Source: Candidatus Pacearchaeota archaeon (lineage in GTDB: Archaea; Nanobdellota; Nanobdellia; Pacearchaeales; GW2011-AR1). From it: 32,034 nucleotides of DNA. Made by a program: the position numbers and the translations under genes. Below are positions 25,488 to 32,034 of this stretch, in pieces. Under the pieces are notes generated by a model. It saw nothing but the letters and a program-made list of their open reading frames with translations, was not told the DNA's origin and searched no databases. The stretch is taken from contig JBJKQQ010000001.1 in NCBI GenBank assembly GCA_046705325.1, positions 1-32,034 on the forward strand. Direction: 5' to 3'. Within the stretch, counting starts at the first letter, position 1. Each line of letters opens with the position of its first letter.

Positions 25488-25681
25488 CCCCTTGTAATTA
25501 TTGCTCTTAAAAAGAGCGGAGGTAAAGATGCCTTTTTTTCAGGTAAGCGCGTGAGTCCGTTTTGACAATAAAACCAAAGAGCTTAACCCCCACCATTCGG
25601 GAGAGATAAATATCGGGTTAGCGAACATACCAAGGTTCACCCGACGCGCAGAATCTCTTTGCTCATAATTATTATGGGGGG
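25488..25681 (+). ncRNA. candidate structured RNA of about 195 nt, class unknown
   Basis: Nested helices in an ORF-free region. P1 pairs 25488-25502 with 25667-25681 (CCCCUUGUAAUUAUU/AAUUAUUAUGGGGGG, one mismatch, three G.U pairs that exist only on the plus strand). P2 pairs 25514-25522 with 25656-25664. P3 is GCGCGU(25547-25552)/ACGCGC(25644-25649). Three internal hairpins are present, including GUUUU/AAAAC and CGGGU/ACCCG. Confidence 0.45.
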
Positions 25682-25717
25682 CATTAATTTTTTAAACTTT
25701 AGATTACTTATAAGTCT

Positions 25718-25876
25718 ATGAAATGGAAATTGAAATCTGGAAAAATAAAAGAGTATAAGAAGATGACTAAGGGAGAAAAAGAAGAGGTAGATAAAGGGAT
25801 TTTGAAAGGGGCTTTAATTGGAAGCATAGGGTTTGTTGTGGGAGAAATGTTGGGCAGTCGAGGGAGAAAAAAATAA
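25718..25876 (+). CDS. small Lys-rich protein with one glycine-zipper hydrophobic segment (52 aa)
   Basis: ATG 25718 to TAA 25874-25876: MKWKLKSGKIKEYKKMTKGEKEEVDKGILKGALIGSIGFVVGEMLGSRGRKK. Below the ORF-track cutoff. Confidence 0.3.
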   Translation: MKWKLKSGKIKEYKKMTKGEKEEVDKGILKGALIGSIGFVVGEMLGSRGRKK

Positions 25877-25968
25877 TTTTGGATTAAAAATCCAAATAAT
25901 CCATTTTTACGTGACTATGACAAACAAGAACGATAAAGTTATAAATAAGATTTATTATTCTTACTAAG

Positions 25969-26562
25969 ATGGAAATAGAACAATTAATACCAGAAATTCA
26001 AAGAATAGGTTGGGGTAATATTAAGCAGAATAAATATTTTGGTTATAGTATGGTTGATGCTCCGAAATTTGATTTAGTTGCAGAAAGAAAATTTACTTTA
26101 ACCAAATGGTTTCTTCTTATTAAAAAGATTAAAGTTTTTGATAGGAATGCTTACAATGAATATCAAATTGTTTTTAATATAATAAGTAAGAATGTAAAAA
26201 GTTGGATTTGGGGCAAATGTTTTTTACTATGTATAATTTGTGATGAAATTTCATCTGAATTAAAAAGAGATATGGAATCAGATAGTTTTGGATTATTTGG
26301 TGTTTTAAGGATGCAGGGAGGAGGTGGTTTAGCGTTAATTGTTGATGCTAAAACTAAAAGATGTTACGGCAAAATTCCAGCATTACCTTACGATGTTCAT
26401 AAATATTCGGGGGAATTTAAAGAAATGATTGAAGATTTTTTAGTCAATATAACCACAAAAGAGAAGAATAGGTCTAACATCAAAAAGGGTTATTGTAATG
26501 ATTGTGGTAAAAAAATTTCTAAAAATGCTCAATTTTGTTCAAGTTGCGGAGCTAAACAATAA
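25969..26562 (+). CDS. hypothetical protein with C-terminal zinc ribbon
   Basis: 197 aa ending in CNDCGKKISKNAQFCSSCGAKQ. The N-terminal domain is unrecognised. Very AT-rich. Confidence 0.5.
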   Translation: MEIEQLIPEIQRIGWGNIKQNKYFGYSMVDAPKFDLVAERKFTLTKWFLLIKKIKVFDRNAYNEYQIVFNIISKNVKSWIWGKCFLLCIICDEISSELKRDMESDSFGLFGVLRMQGGGGLALIVDAKTKRCYGKIPALPYDVHKYSGEFKEMIEDFLVNITTKEKNRSNIKKGYCNDCGKKISKNAQFCSSCGAKQ

Positions 26563-26568
26563 AGATGA

Positions 26569-26910
26569 TTGGTTCAAAATATTCTTAGGATGTTAGAAAA
26601 TTATATCCCTCAAATCGCCTTTGCTATTACTTCCATTATTGTGGTTTTCGTTAGTGATTATTTTTTTACAGGTACTAAGAATGGCGTGAAAACATTTTTA
26701 TCTGGAGTACATTTTTCAGCAAAAAAAGAAGGATTTATCGTCTTTTTAGTTAGCGTAGTGATTATAATTCCTCTTGTAACCATCTTTTTACAAAAAGGTT
26801 TAGAGTCTCTTTTGACGTCGCAAAAGGATAATCTCTTTTGGATACTTCTCCTTTTTCTAGCGATTTTTTTTATTTATTTTAACAAGAAATATTATCATCA
26901 TTGGCTTTAG
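26569..26910 (+). CDS. small 3-TM membrane protein
   Basis: The track start is TTG at 26569; the first ATG is at 26590. Three hydrophobic helices. Begins 7 nt after the preceding stop codon. Confidence 0.45.
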   Translation: MVQNILRMLENYIPQIAFAITSIIVVFVSDYFFTGTKNGVKTFLSGVHFSAKKEGFIVFLVSVVIIIPLVTIFLQKGLESLLTSQKDNLFWILLLFLAIFFIYFNKKYYHHWL

Positions 26911-26913
26911 TCT

Positions 26914-28251
26914 TTAATGTGCTGCAATAATCATAAGTAAAATAAATAACAAGAATAGTCCTCCCCCGATAGATAATCCCAAGGCAATTTTATCTTCGTA
27001 TAATTTCTTAAAAAAGCCCATGTGATTCCATAACTCATTGTACTCGTTCAGATTTTCTTTTTTGGCAAAGTACTTGTTTTGTATCCATAATTTTAGCGGC
27101 TTTGCATGTATCTCACAGATTGGAGTTTCTTTATCCAAGTAATCAATTTTTACATGATTATGACAAACAATTCTTCCGCAATCTGGACAGATGCTCATGT
27201 CTTCATAGTTATCTTCTTCTTTTTCGCATATTTTGCATTTTCTTAAAGTATCTTCTATATAAAATTGGTTGTTTCCTTTGATGTAGAATTCTTGTTTATA
27301 TTTTTGTTTTTGGATATTAATCTCATTTATCCAGATAGGCAAATAAATTGGTATGAACTGTTTGATATCTATATCTCTCTTTTTTGGAATGCAAGTCTTC
27401 GAATAGCCCACATTGTTATTACCAGTATAGTTAACATTATGAGTATGTTCTTTTATAATCTCATTTATAGCATGTTCTTCGATATCATTTTCTGTAAATT
27501 CAAATTGGATTTTATCTTTTTCATCTTGCTTTTCAATTTCTTCTGGATCTATTTTACCGGAGAAGAAAAATTCAGTTGCATCTTTATCTAAATCTTCGCC
27601 GGTTATTCCATCCATTGCTAAACCCCCAGAATTAGAATAAGTATCTATACATCCTACTGAAGTGTGGGTATCAAAATTAACATTATATTTAATGAAACAT
27701 GCAGGACTTAGCTCTAATTCTGATTTGATTATGGGGCTCTGTTCTTTGCTCCAATAAATCTTGGAGTAACCTCTTTTCGCTAAATCTTCTGCGCTTTCCT
27801 TGTCGATATTCCTAAAAGATTCATTTGTTATAATCTGGACTTTTCCATTAAGGATTACAACATTTAACTCATTGCAGAGTTTTTTCAATTTTGCCCCATC
27901 AATGAGTTCAATCTTTTGCTTAATCTCTTTATTGTAGTCTATCGCTTCTCTTGAAAAGTTTCCTGAAGTTACAACAATTCCCATAACTTCTTTACTCTGA
28001 TGTAGGTCTCCTTCGTGGCTCATGGCTCCTTGAAGTTTTTGAATAACTGGACGACCGACGAAATTTTGGTGCTTGCATTCAACTAGAATGATTTCTCCTT
28101 TCTGATTTTTCATAATTATATCTTTTCCGACATCTCTTGATTTTGAAGTGACTTTGATATCTTTATATCCTTTCTTCTTCATAATTTTAGCTACAAGTTC
28201 TTCAAATTGGTATCCGTCTAGACCATCTATCATGAGGGGTTTATCTTCCAT
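26914..28251 (-). CDS. Mrr-type restriction endonuclease domain fused to an unknown middle domain, a Cys-rich zinc ribbon and a C-terminal TM anchor
   Basis: N-terminus GYQFEELVAKIMKKKGY...SRDVGKDII...ILVECKH...VVTSGNFSREAIDY...LIDGAKL matches the Mrr_cat PD-(D/E)xK layout (D, ExK). Followed by CKICEKE...CPDCGRIVCHNH...CEIH, and ends in IALGLSIGGGLFLLFILLMIIAAH. Confidence 0.75.
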   Translation of the reverse strand: MEDKPLMIDGLDGYQFEELVAKIMKKKGYKDIKVTSKSRDVGKDIIMKNQKGEIILVECKHQNFVGRPVIQKLQGAMSHEGDLHQSKEVMGIVVTSGNFSREAIDYNKEIKQKIELIDGAKLKKLCNELNVVILNGKVQIITNESFRNIDKESAEDLAKRGYSKIYWSKEQSPIIKSELELSPACFIKYNVNFDTHTSVGCIDTYSNSGGLAMDGITGEDLDKDATEFFFSGKIDPEEIEKQDEKDKIQFEFTENDIEEHAINEIIKEHTHNVNYTGNNNVGYSKTCIPKKRDIDIKQFIPIYLPIWINEINIQKQKYKQEFYIKGNNQFYIEDTLRKCKICEKEEDNYEDMSICPDCGRIVCHNHVKIDYLDKETPICEIHAKPLKLWIQNKYFAKKENLNEYNELWNHMGFFKKLYEDKIALGLSIGGGLFLLFILLMIIAAH

Positions 28252-28383
28252 CTTTCTAAATTATCTATATTAACGAACTATAAAAAGATTCTTGCAAATT
28301 AGATTTTCTTAGAATTCTATTTTCTTTCAAAACAAAGAATTATTCTCTCTTGACTTGGGTTGTGAGGTTTGTGAGATTGAGAA

Positions 28384-28803
28384 TTAATCTTGTGATTCTT
28401 TCTTTTTCTCTAAGATTAATGATACAAATACAGTTACTGAAGATAGAAAGTATCCCAAAGTGTTTATTATATATGATCTTCTATCAGTTTTGTTTGTTGA
28501 AATATCAAAAGAATTTATTTCTGAGACTATTGATGGATTCACGCAAAGATGAGATTCCTTATTTAATTCATTTAAAGTGAGATTCAAATTGGATTGATTT
28601 GAAGAAAGAATCATTGCGCTTCCTCCGGGACCGCTAATCGCCCCAACACAATCGATAACTTTGAGATCTCCATACCCCACATTAAGAGTTGGAACATAAA
28701 TAGATTGGAAAGCTAATGCTAAATTCATGACTGTTAAAATTAAAAAAACAATTCCTAACACAAGAAGAGTAGTATTGAGAGCAAATTTAATTTTTTTGGC
28801 CAT
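28384..28803 (-). CDS. membrane or surface protein with N- and C-terminal TM segments
   Basis: Starts MAKKIKFALNTTLLVLGIVFLILTVMNLALAF, then has an Asn/Ser-rich middle and a C-terminal hydrophobic helix. Confidence 0.45.
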   Translation of the reverse strand: MAKKIKFALNTTLLVLGIVFLILTVMNLALAFQSIYVPTLNVGYGDLKVIDCVGAISGPGGSAMILSSNQSNLNLTLNELNKESHLCVNPSIVSEINSFDISTNKTDRRSYIINTLGYFLSSVTVFVSLILEKKKESQD

Positions 28804-28941
28804 ATAAATAAATCGGATGAGCTATCTTAAATTTATCTTTTTTCTAAAAGCCATCTCCAGTTAATCCCGATCTTTTTTCGGATTAGGATATTTGCAATTA
28901 ATTACGTTTTGCTTTTCAGCTGCGAGTTACAAGGGGCGAGA

Positions 28942-29208
28942 TTATTTGACAAGGGTCTGGATTTCTTCTATATGGTCTGCTACGTCTTTACCTTTTTTCG
29001 TAAGCTTTATCAGCTTAACCCGCCCCTTTTTTTCGAAAACAACCAGGCCGAGATCTTCCAAAGTCTGGAGAATCTTCACCGCGTGGCTGTACGTGCAATC
29101 AACTTCTTTTGCCAGAACACTGCCATATCTCATCCTTGTATTCTTCTTTAGGTAGACCAGCATCAACGCCGGCTTTCTCCTGAAAAAGATGTCAAAGTTG
29201 TCTTTCAT
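28942..29208 (-). CDS. winged-helix transcriptional regulator (ArsR/TrmB-like)
   Basis: 88 aa with YGSVLAKEVDCTYSHAVKILQTLEDLGLVVFEKKGRVKLIKLTKKG, giving an HTH plus wing. Confidence 0.7.
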   Translation of the reverse strand: MKDNFDIFFRRKPALMLVYLKKNTRMRYGSVLAKEVDCTYSHAVKILQTLEDLGLVVFEKKGRVKLIKLTKKGKDVADHIEEIQTLVK

Positions 29209-29323
29209 TTTGAGATGTATGGTTTAATGTATATATCCAGACAGTAGCGTGCTTTTAAATGTTTTGTAGAAGGTATTTTGGAAAGGTTATGTTGGAATTT
29301 CACCATCGGAAAATGGGAAAATT

Positions 29324-30151
29324 TTACAAATTATCAAGCGGACTTGTTATGTTTTTTAACTGATTATTTGCAACGTGAGTGTAAATCTCCGTGGTCTTGG
29401 ATGAGGCGTGGCCGAGCAGCTTTTGGATGTATCTCAAGTCTGTTCCATTTTCCAGAAGATGCGTCGCAAAACTATGGCGAAGCATGTGCGGATGGATTTT
29501 CATGCCAATTTTGCCTCCAAGTCTTTCAAGAATTTTTTGGACCGACTTTTTGGTGTATTTCCCGTTTCGGCCTTCGAAAACGTAATCTGTTGAGAAATTA
29601 AAATTACTGTAATACTTTAACAGATCCTCTTTAAGATTTGGCGACAGTAAAGTTATCCTGTCTTTAGCGCCTTTGCCCTGCCTGACAAAAATCAGGTTGT
29701 TGTCAAAATCGATGTCTCTCCTTTTAAGATTCAAGAGTTCGGAAAGTCGCAAACCTGAAGAGTAAAGAAATTCTATTATCAATTTGTGCTTTAGATTGGC
29801 GCAGGAATCAATTATGAGTTTTATCTTTTCTTTTGAAATCACTTGCGGAAGCTTCTTCTCTTTTTTCATTAGTGGAATTTCGTCCGCAGAGAATGGTCTT
29901 TTCAAGACTTCTGAAAAGAAAAACTTGAGCGACATTTGCCTTAACCTCAAAGTGTTTCTTGCTTTTTCTTGCGACAGCAAATAGGACTTAACCGCTTCGT
30001 TGTCCAGGTTTAATCTACTTTTGTCGATAAATTCAAGAAATTTCTCCACATTGTAAGAATAAGATTTTATCGTCTGCGGGCTGAAACCCTTTAATTTACA
30101 CCTTTCAACAAGCTTGTCAAGAAAGCTTTGCTTAGAAATCAGATAACTCAT
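29324..30151 (-). CDS. xerA: tyrosine recombinase, XerA/XerCD family
   Basis: N-terminal SAM-like domain. Catalytic residues in GLRLSEL (R), GKGAKDR (K), HMLRHSFATHLL (H-x-x-R), LLGHAS (H) and TEIYTHV (Y). Length of 275 aa. Confidence 0.9.
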   Translation of the reverse strand: MSYLISKQSFLDKLVERCKLKGFSPQTIKSYSYNVEKFLEFIDKSRLNLDNEAVKSYLLSQEKARNTLRLRQMSLKFFFSEVLKRPFSADEIPLMKKEKKLPQVISKEKIKLIIDSCANLKHKLIIEFLYSSGLRLSELLNLKRRDIDFDNNLIFVRQGKGAKDRITLLSPNLKEDLLKYYSNFNFSTDYVFEGRNGKYTKKSVQKILERLGGKIGMKIHPHMLRHSFATHLLENGTDLRYIQKLLGHASSKTTEIYTHVANNQLKNITSPLDNL

Positions 30152-30433
30152 ATTGCGACAAACTCTTCAGGTTACTTAACTCTTCGTTGAAATCTTGAGG
30201 GAATAACACTATTACATCCACTCTGGCGACAATTTTGTAGATGTAATAGATGGTTACCTCGATATGGATTTCGCTCTTCCGAGTTGCTTAACAATTCGCA
30301 ATCAATTAAACTCGTTAGACTTAATTCCTTCAGTGCGAAATAACCCCAACGCACAACACGGAATTAAATCTAATTTTTCATTTTAATTAAATCATGGAGG
30401 AAATGAATTTAAGAAGAAATACAATTTTTGTTA

Positions 30434-30586
30434 TCATCCTATTTGGAATTGTGGGGATTGCTTTTTGTATTTGTTTGTTATTATTAGAATTAAGATACCT
30501 ATAATGATTATTAGTAATACAATCCCCCCAATAATTATTATGCTAACAAAATTTGAAATCGCCTGTCCAAAAATATTCATATTCAT
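30434..30586 (-). CDS. small single-TM protein (50 aa)
   Basis: Internal ATG of track ORF 30434..30694 (MNMNIFGQAISNFVSIIIIGGIVLLIIIIGILILIITNKYKK...). The upstream part of the track ORF runs into a hairpin and a GC-rich RNA-like element. Confidence 0.35.
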   Translation of the reverse strand: MNMNIFGQAISNFVSIIIIGGIVLLIIIIGILILIITNKYKKQSPQFQIG

Positions 30587-30674
30587 TTCCTCGCAGAAAT
30601 GAGAGGAGCCGATGAGTTTTAAACTTGTCGGCTCTTTATAATTAAAATGAAAAACTACACTCTGTTTATGATTG

Positions 30675-30848
30675 CGAACGAAATCCATACCCACGAGGAC
30701 GCTGCGGCGTCAGCTCGTGCCTCACTTCGTTCGGAAGGTAAACAACGGCTTAACGGAAAATTCCTCTGCCTATCGGCAGTCGGCTTGTTGCCGTCGGAAT
30801 TTTCCCAAATCGCCTTCGGCGACTTCGTTAAATTCCGATGTTAAGTCG
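30675..30848 (+). ncRNA. GC-rich multi-helix element E (candidate ncRNA or repeat, related to 16808-16940)
   Basis: Nested perfect helices: CGAACGAA(30675-30682)/TTCGTTCG(30726-30733), then CACGAG/CTCGTG, then GACGC-ugcg-GCGTC. Further helices are CTTAAC(30749-30754)/GTTAAG(30840-30845) and GAAAATTCC(30756-30764)/GGAATTTTC(30796-30804), the latter enclosing CTGCC/GGCAG and CGGC/GCCG hairpins. A TCGCC-uuc-GGCGA hairpin is also present. Confidence 0.5.
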
Positions 30849-31053
30849 AATTTTTTCTTCTGCTAAAAATTTAAATCTCTAACTGATAAATCCCACCCAA
30901 AGAAGCGCGCAATTTTTCTATCGAAAAATTAGATAGCTAAAAATCAAAGATTTTTAGAAGAAAAACTTCTTTTATCCGACCAAAGAAAACCAGACTACGA
31001 AATTAAAATTTCGCATAACCAAGGATAAAAGGCTTCGCCCAAATTTTTCTTAT

Positions 31054-31761
31054 TTATTTCAAGTTTCTTAAAAATTCTTTTTCAAGAGTATCAAATTTTA
31101 TTCCCAAAATTTCTTCAAAATCTTTTATAACTTCGTTTATTGGATTTTTCCATTTTATTTTCTTGTATAATTCGATAAATCTTTCGAACGAGAATTTTTC
31201 AATTAAGTAACTCACCAAATATCCACTTTGACGATACGAATAATCCCAATTTAATTCTCTAAATTTAGAATCATCACATAATTCTCTCAATGAGAAATTT
31301 CTTTTTCTTAATATTCCCAAAATTTTATCTGGAACTTTTTCTTTCCAATCTCCATAATAAACTGCTAATCCTTCACAAAGAGCATAATTGGGTTTACCAA
31401 GAAAATTAAAAACCCAGACATGAGTAATTTCATGAAAATGATTTATGTTATTTGACCAAATTCTCCATTTTTCTGATTCAGCTCTGCAAGTTCCTTCCTT
31501 CATTTTTGTAAATTTAGAAAGCTCTTTTTTATCTTCCACAATAAAATAATCAAGTTTTCTGTTGGATTTTATCCTAAATTTTTTCTTCAATAGATTTACA
31601 AATTTATCTGCTTCTTTGATGTCTTTCTTTAAAATCTTCTTGTTAATCAATCTGCAATAAAAATTGAAATTTTGGGATTCTTCAAAAACCCATTCTTTTC
31701 CAAATTTTTTTATCTTCATACTCTTCTTAGGAAATTGTGTTTTATATATTTTCTTTTCCAA
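31054..31761 (-). CDS. peptidase-MA-like zinc metalloprotease (HExxH...E)
   Basis: HEITHVWVFNFLGKPNYALCEGLAVYYG matches the gluzincin / Peptidase_MA_2 pattern. Length of 235 aa. Confidence 0.55.
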   Translation of the reverse strand: MEKKIYKTQFPKKSMKIKKFGKEWVFEESQNFNFYCRLINKKILKKDIKEADKFVNLLKKKFRIKSNRKLDYFIVEDKKELSKFTKMKEGTCRAESEKWRIWSNNINHFHEITHVWVFNFLGKPNYALCEGLAVYYGDWKEKVPDKILGILRKRNFSLRELCDDSKFRELNWDYSYRQSGYLVSYLIEKFSFERFIELYKKIKWKNPINEVIKDFEEILGIKFDTLEKEFLRNLK

Positions 31762-31798
31762 ACAACAAAACTTAAAACTCCTCTTTCTCTCTAATCAT

Positions 31799-32034
31799 AT
31801 GACAAAAGAAAGAGTTATGATTTTTATTGATGGAAGCAATCTATATTATAGTCTGAAAAAACTAGAAATCAATAAGATTAATTTTGAAAAACTTTTAGAA
31901 ATTCTAAAAACCGATAAACTTCTTGTTTCAACATTTTATTACAATGCTCCATTAAACATAAAAGTGAATCAAAAGACTTACTGGGAGCAACAAAAGTTTT
32001 TTGATGAATTACGAAAAATTCCCGACTTTAATGT
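31799..32034 (+). CDS. NYN-domain (LabA/DUF88-like) protein, N-terminal part (runs off the window)
   Basis: ATG at 31799: MTKERVMIFIDGSNLYYSLKK... The IDGSNLYY motif is typical of LabA-like NYN RNase domains. Open to the window end. Confidence 0.7.
   Translation, partial: MTKERVMIFIDGSNLYYSLKKLEINKINFEKLLEILKTDKLLVSTFYYNAPLNIKVNQKTYWEQQKFFDELRKIPDFN

Noticed and set aside
25488-25681. Assigning the ~195-nt structured region to RNase P RNA or SRP RNA.
   Set aside because: There are isolated similarities: AGUCCG and AGCUUA strings, and CCAAGG...GACGCG as in 4.5S RNA. They lie in the wrong relative positions for P4 or helix 8, and no GNRA-capped helix 8 is present. The class is left unknown.
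30172-30354. 60-aa minus-strand ORF between xerA and the small TM gene, and an 8-bp inverted repeat ATTACATC...GATGTAAT inside it, considered as a dif-like site.
   Set aside because: The ORF has atypical composition and no start context. The inverted repeat has a 21-nt spacer, unlike the 11-6-11 architecture of Xer dif sites.
20541-30848. Integron-like interpretation: cassettes separated by hairpin sites, with GCTTAAC...GTTAAGT at 30748-30846 fitting the attC R''/R' consensus RYYYAAC/GTTRRRY and of attC-like length.
   Set aside because: The recombinase is XerA-sized, with no room for the IntI-specific insertion. The flanked genes are mostly in the wrong orientation relative to it. The 99-nt element folds as a multi-branch structure rather than a single attC bulged hairpin. 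The other elements lack R''/R' boxes. The idea remains testable with HattCI or IntegronFinder.
30647-30866. Two overlapping plus-strand ORFs of 64-65 aa (30647..30844 and 30672..30866).
   Set aside because: They coincide with the GC-rich nested-helix element. Their peptides are Arg/Ser/Cys-rich with no motif, so the nucleotide-level structure explains the region better.
1-32034. Search for CRISPR arrays, rRNA genes, transposases/IS elements and additional tRNAs.
   Set aside because: No regularly spaced direct repeats with spacers, no rRNA-like conserved blocks, no DDE or IS200-type ORFs, and no further cloverleaf-compatible sequences were seen by eye.

Overview
AT-rich archaeal chromosomal segment, probably from a small-genome DPANN-like lineage. 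The archaeal assignment rests on a TFS/RpoM-type factor, a Sec11-type signal peptidase, a XerA-type recombinase, an intron-containing tRNA and TATA-box promoters. The left half (0.2-16.5 kb) is core metabolism and housekeeping. It holds E3 lipoamide dehydrogenase and a tightly packed minus-strand operon E1alpha-LplA-E1beta-E2-AcdA, with AcdB divergent. It also holds a DoxX / NDH-2 / di-haem cytochrome b membrane redox trio, TFS plus a stand-alone TFIIS-ribbon paralog, and DedA. At 16.5-16.8 kb an intron-containing tRNA-Lys(CUU) is preceded by two truncated copies of its own 5' end, each able to pair with a conserved downstream complement. The right half (17-32 kb) looks accessory. It carries a PdeM/MJ0037-type phosphoesterase behind a class-II nucleotidyltransferase interrupted by an in-frame TAG, an Lhr-core helicase with an unknown partner ORF, and RelE-type TA modules. 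It also carries a strongly AT-rich block with an Mrr-nuclease/Zn-ribbon/TM fusion, then wHTH + XerA, a peptidase-MA-like protein and an NYN protein. The most unusual signal is non-coding. GC/C-rich intergenic elements stand out against the AT-rich background, share sequence motifs, and fold into nested helices with UUCG/GNRA-type loops. They lie at 9.85, 11.9, 15.15, 16.85, 20.55, 24.1, 25.35, 25.5-25.7 and 30.7 kb. No rRNA, CRISPR array or transposase was seen. All family assignments come from motif recognition by eye; no database search was run.
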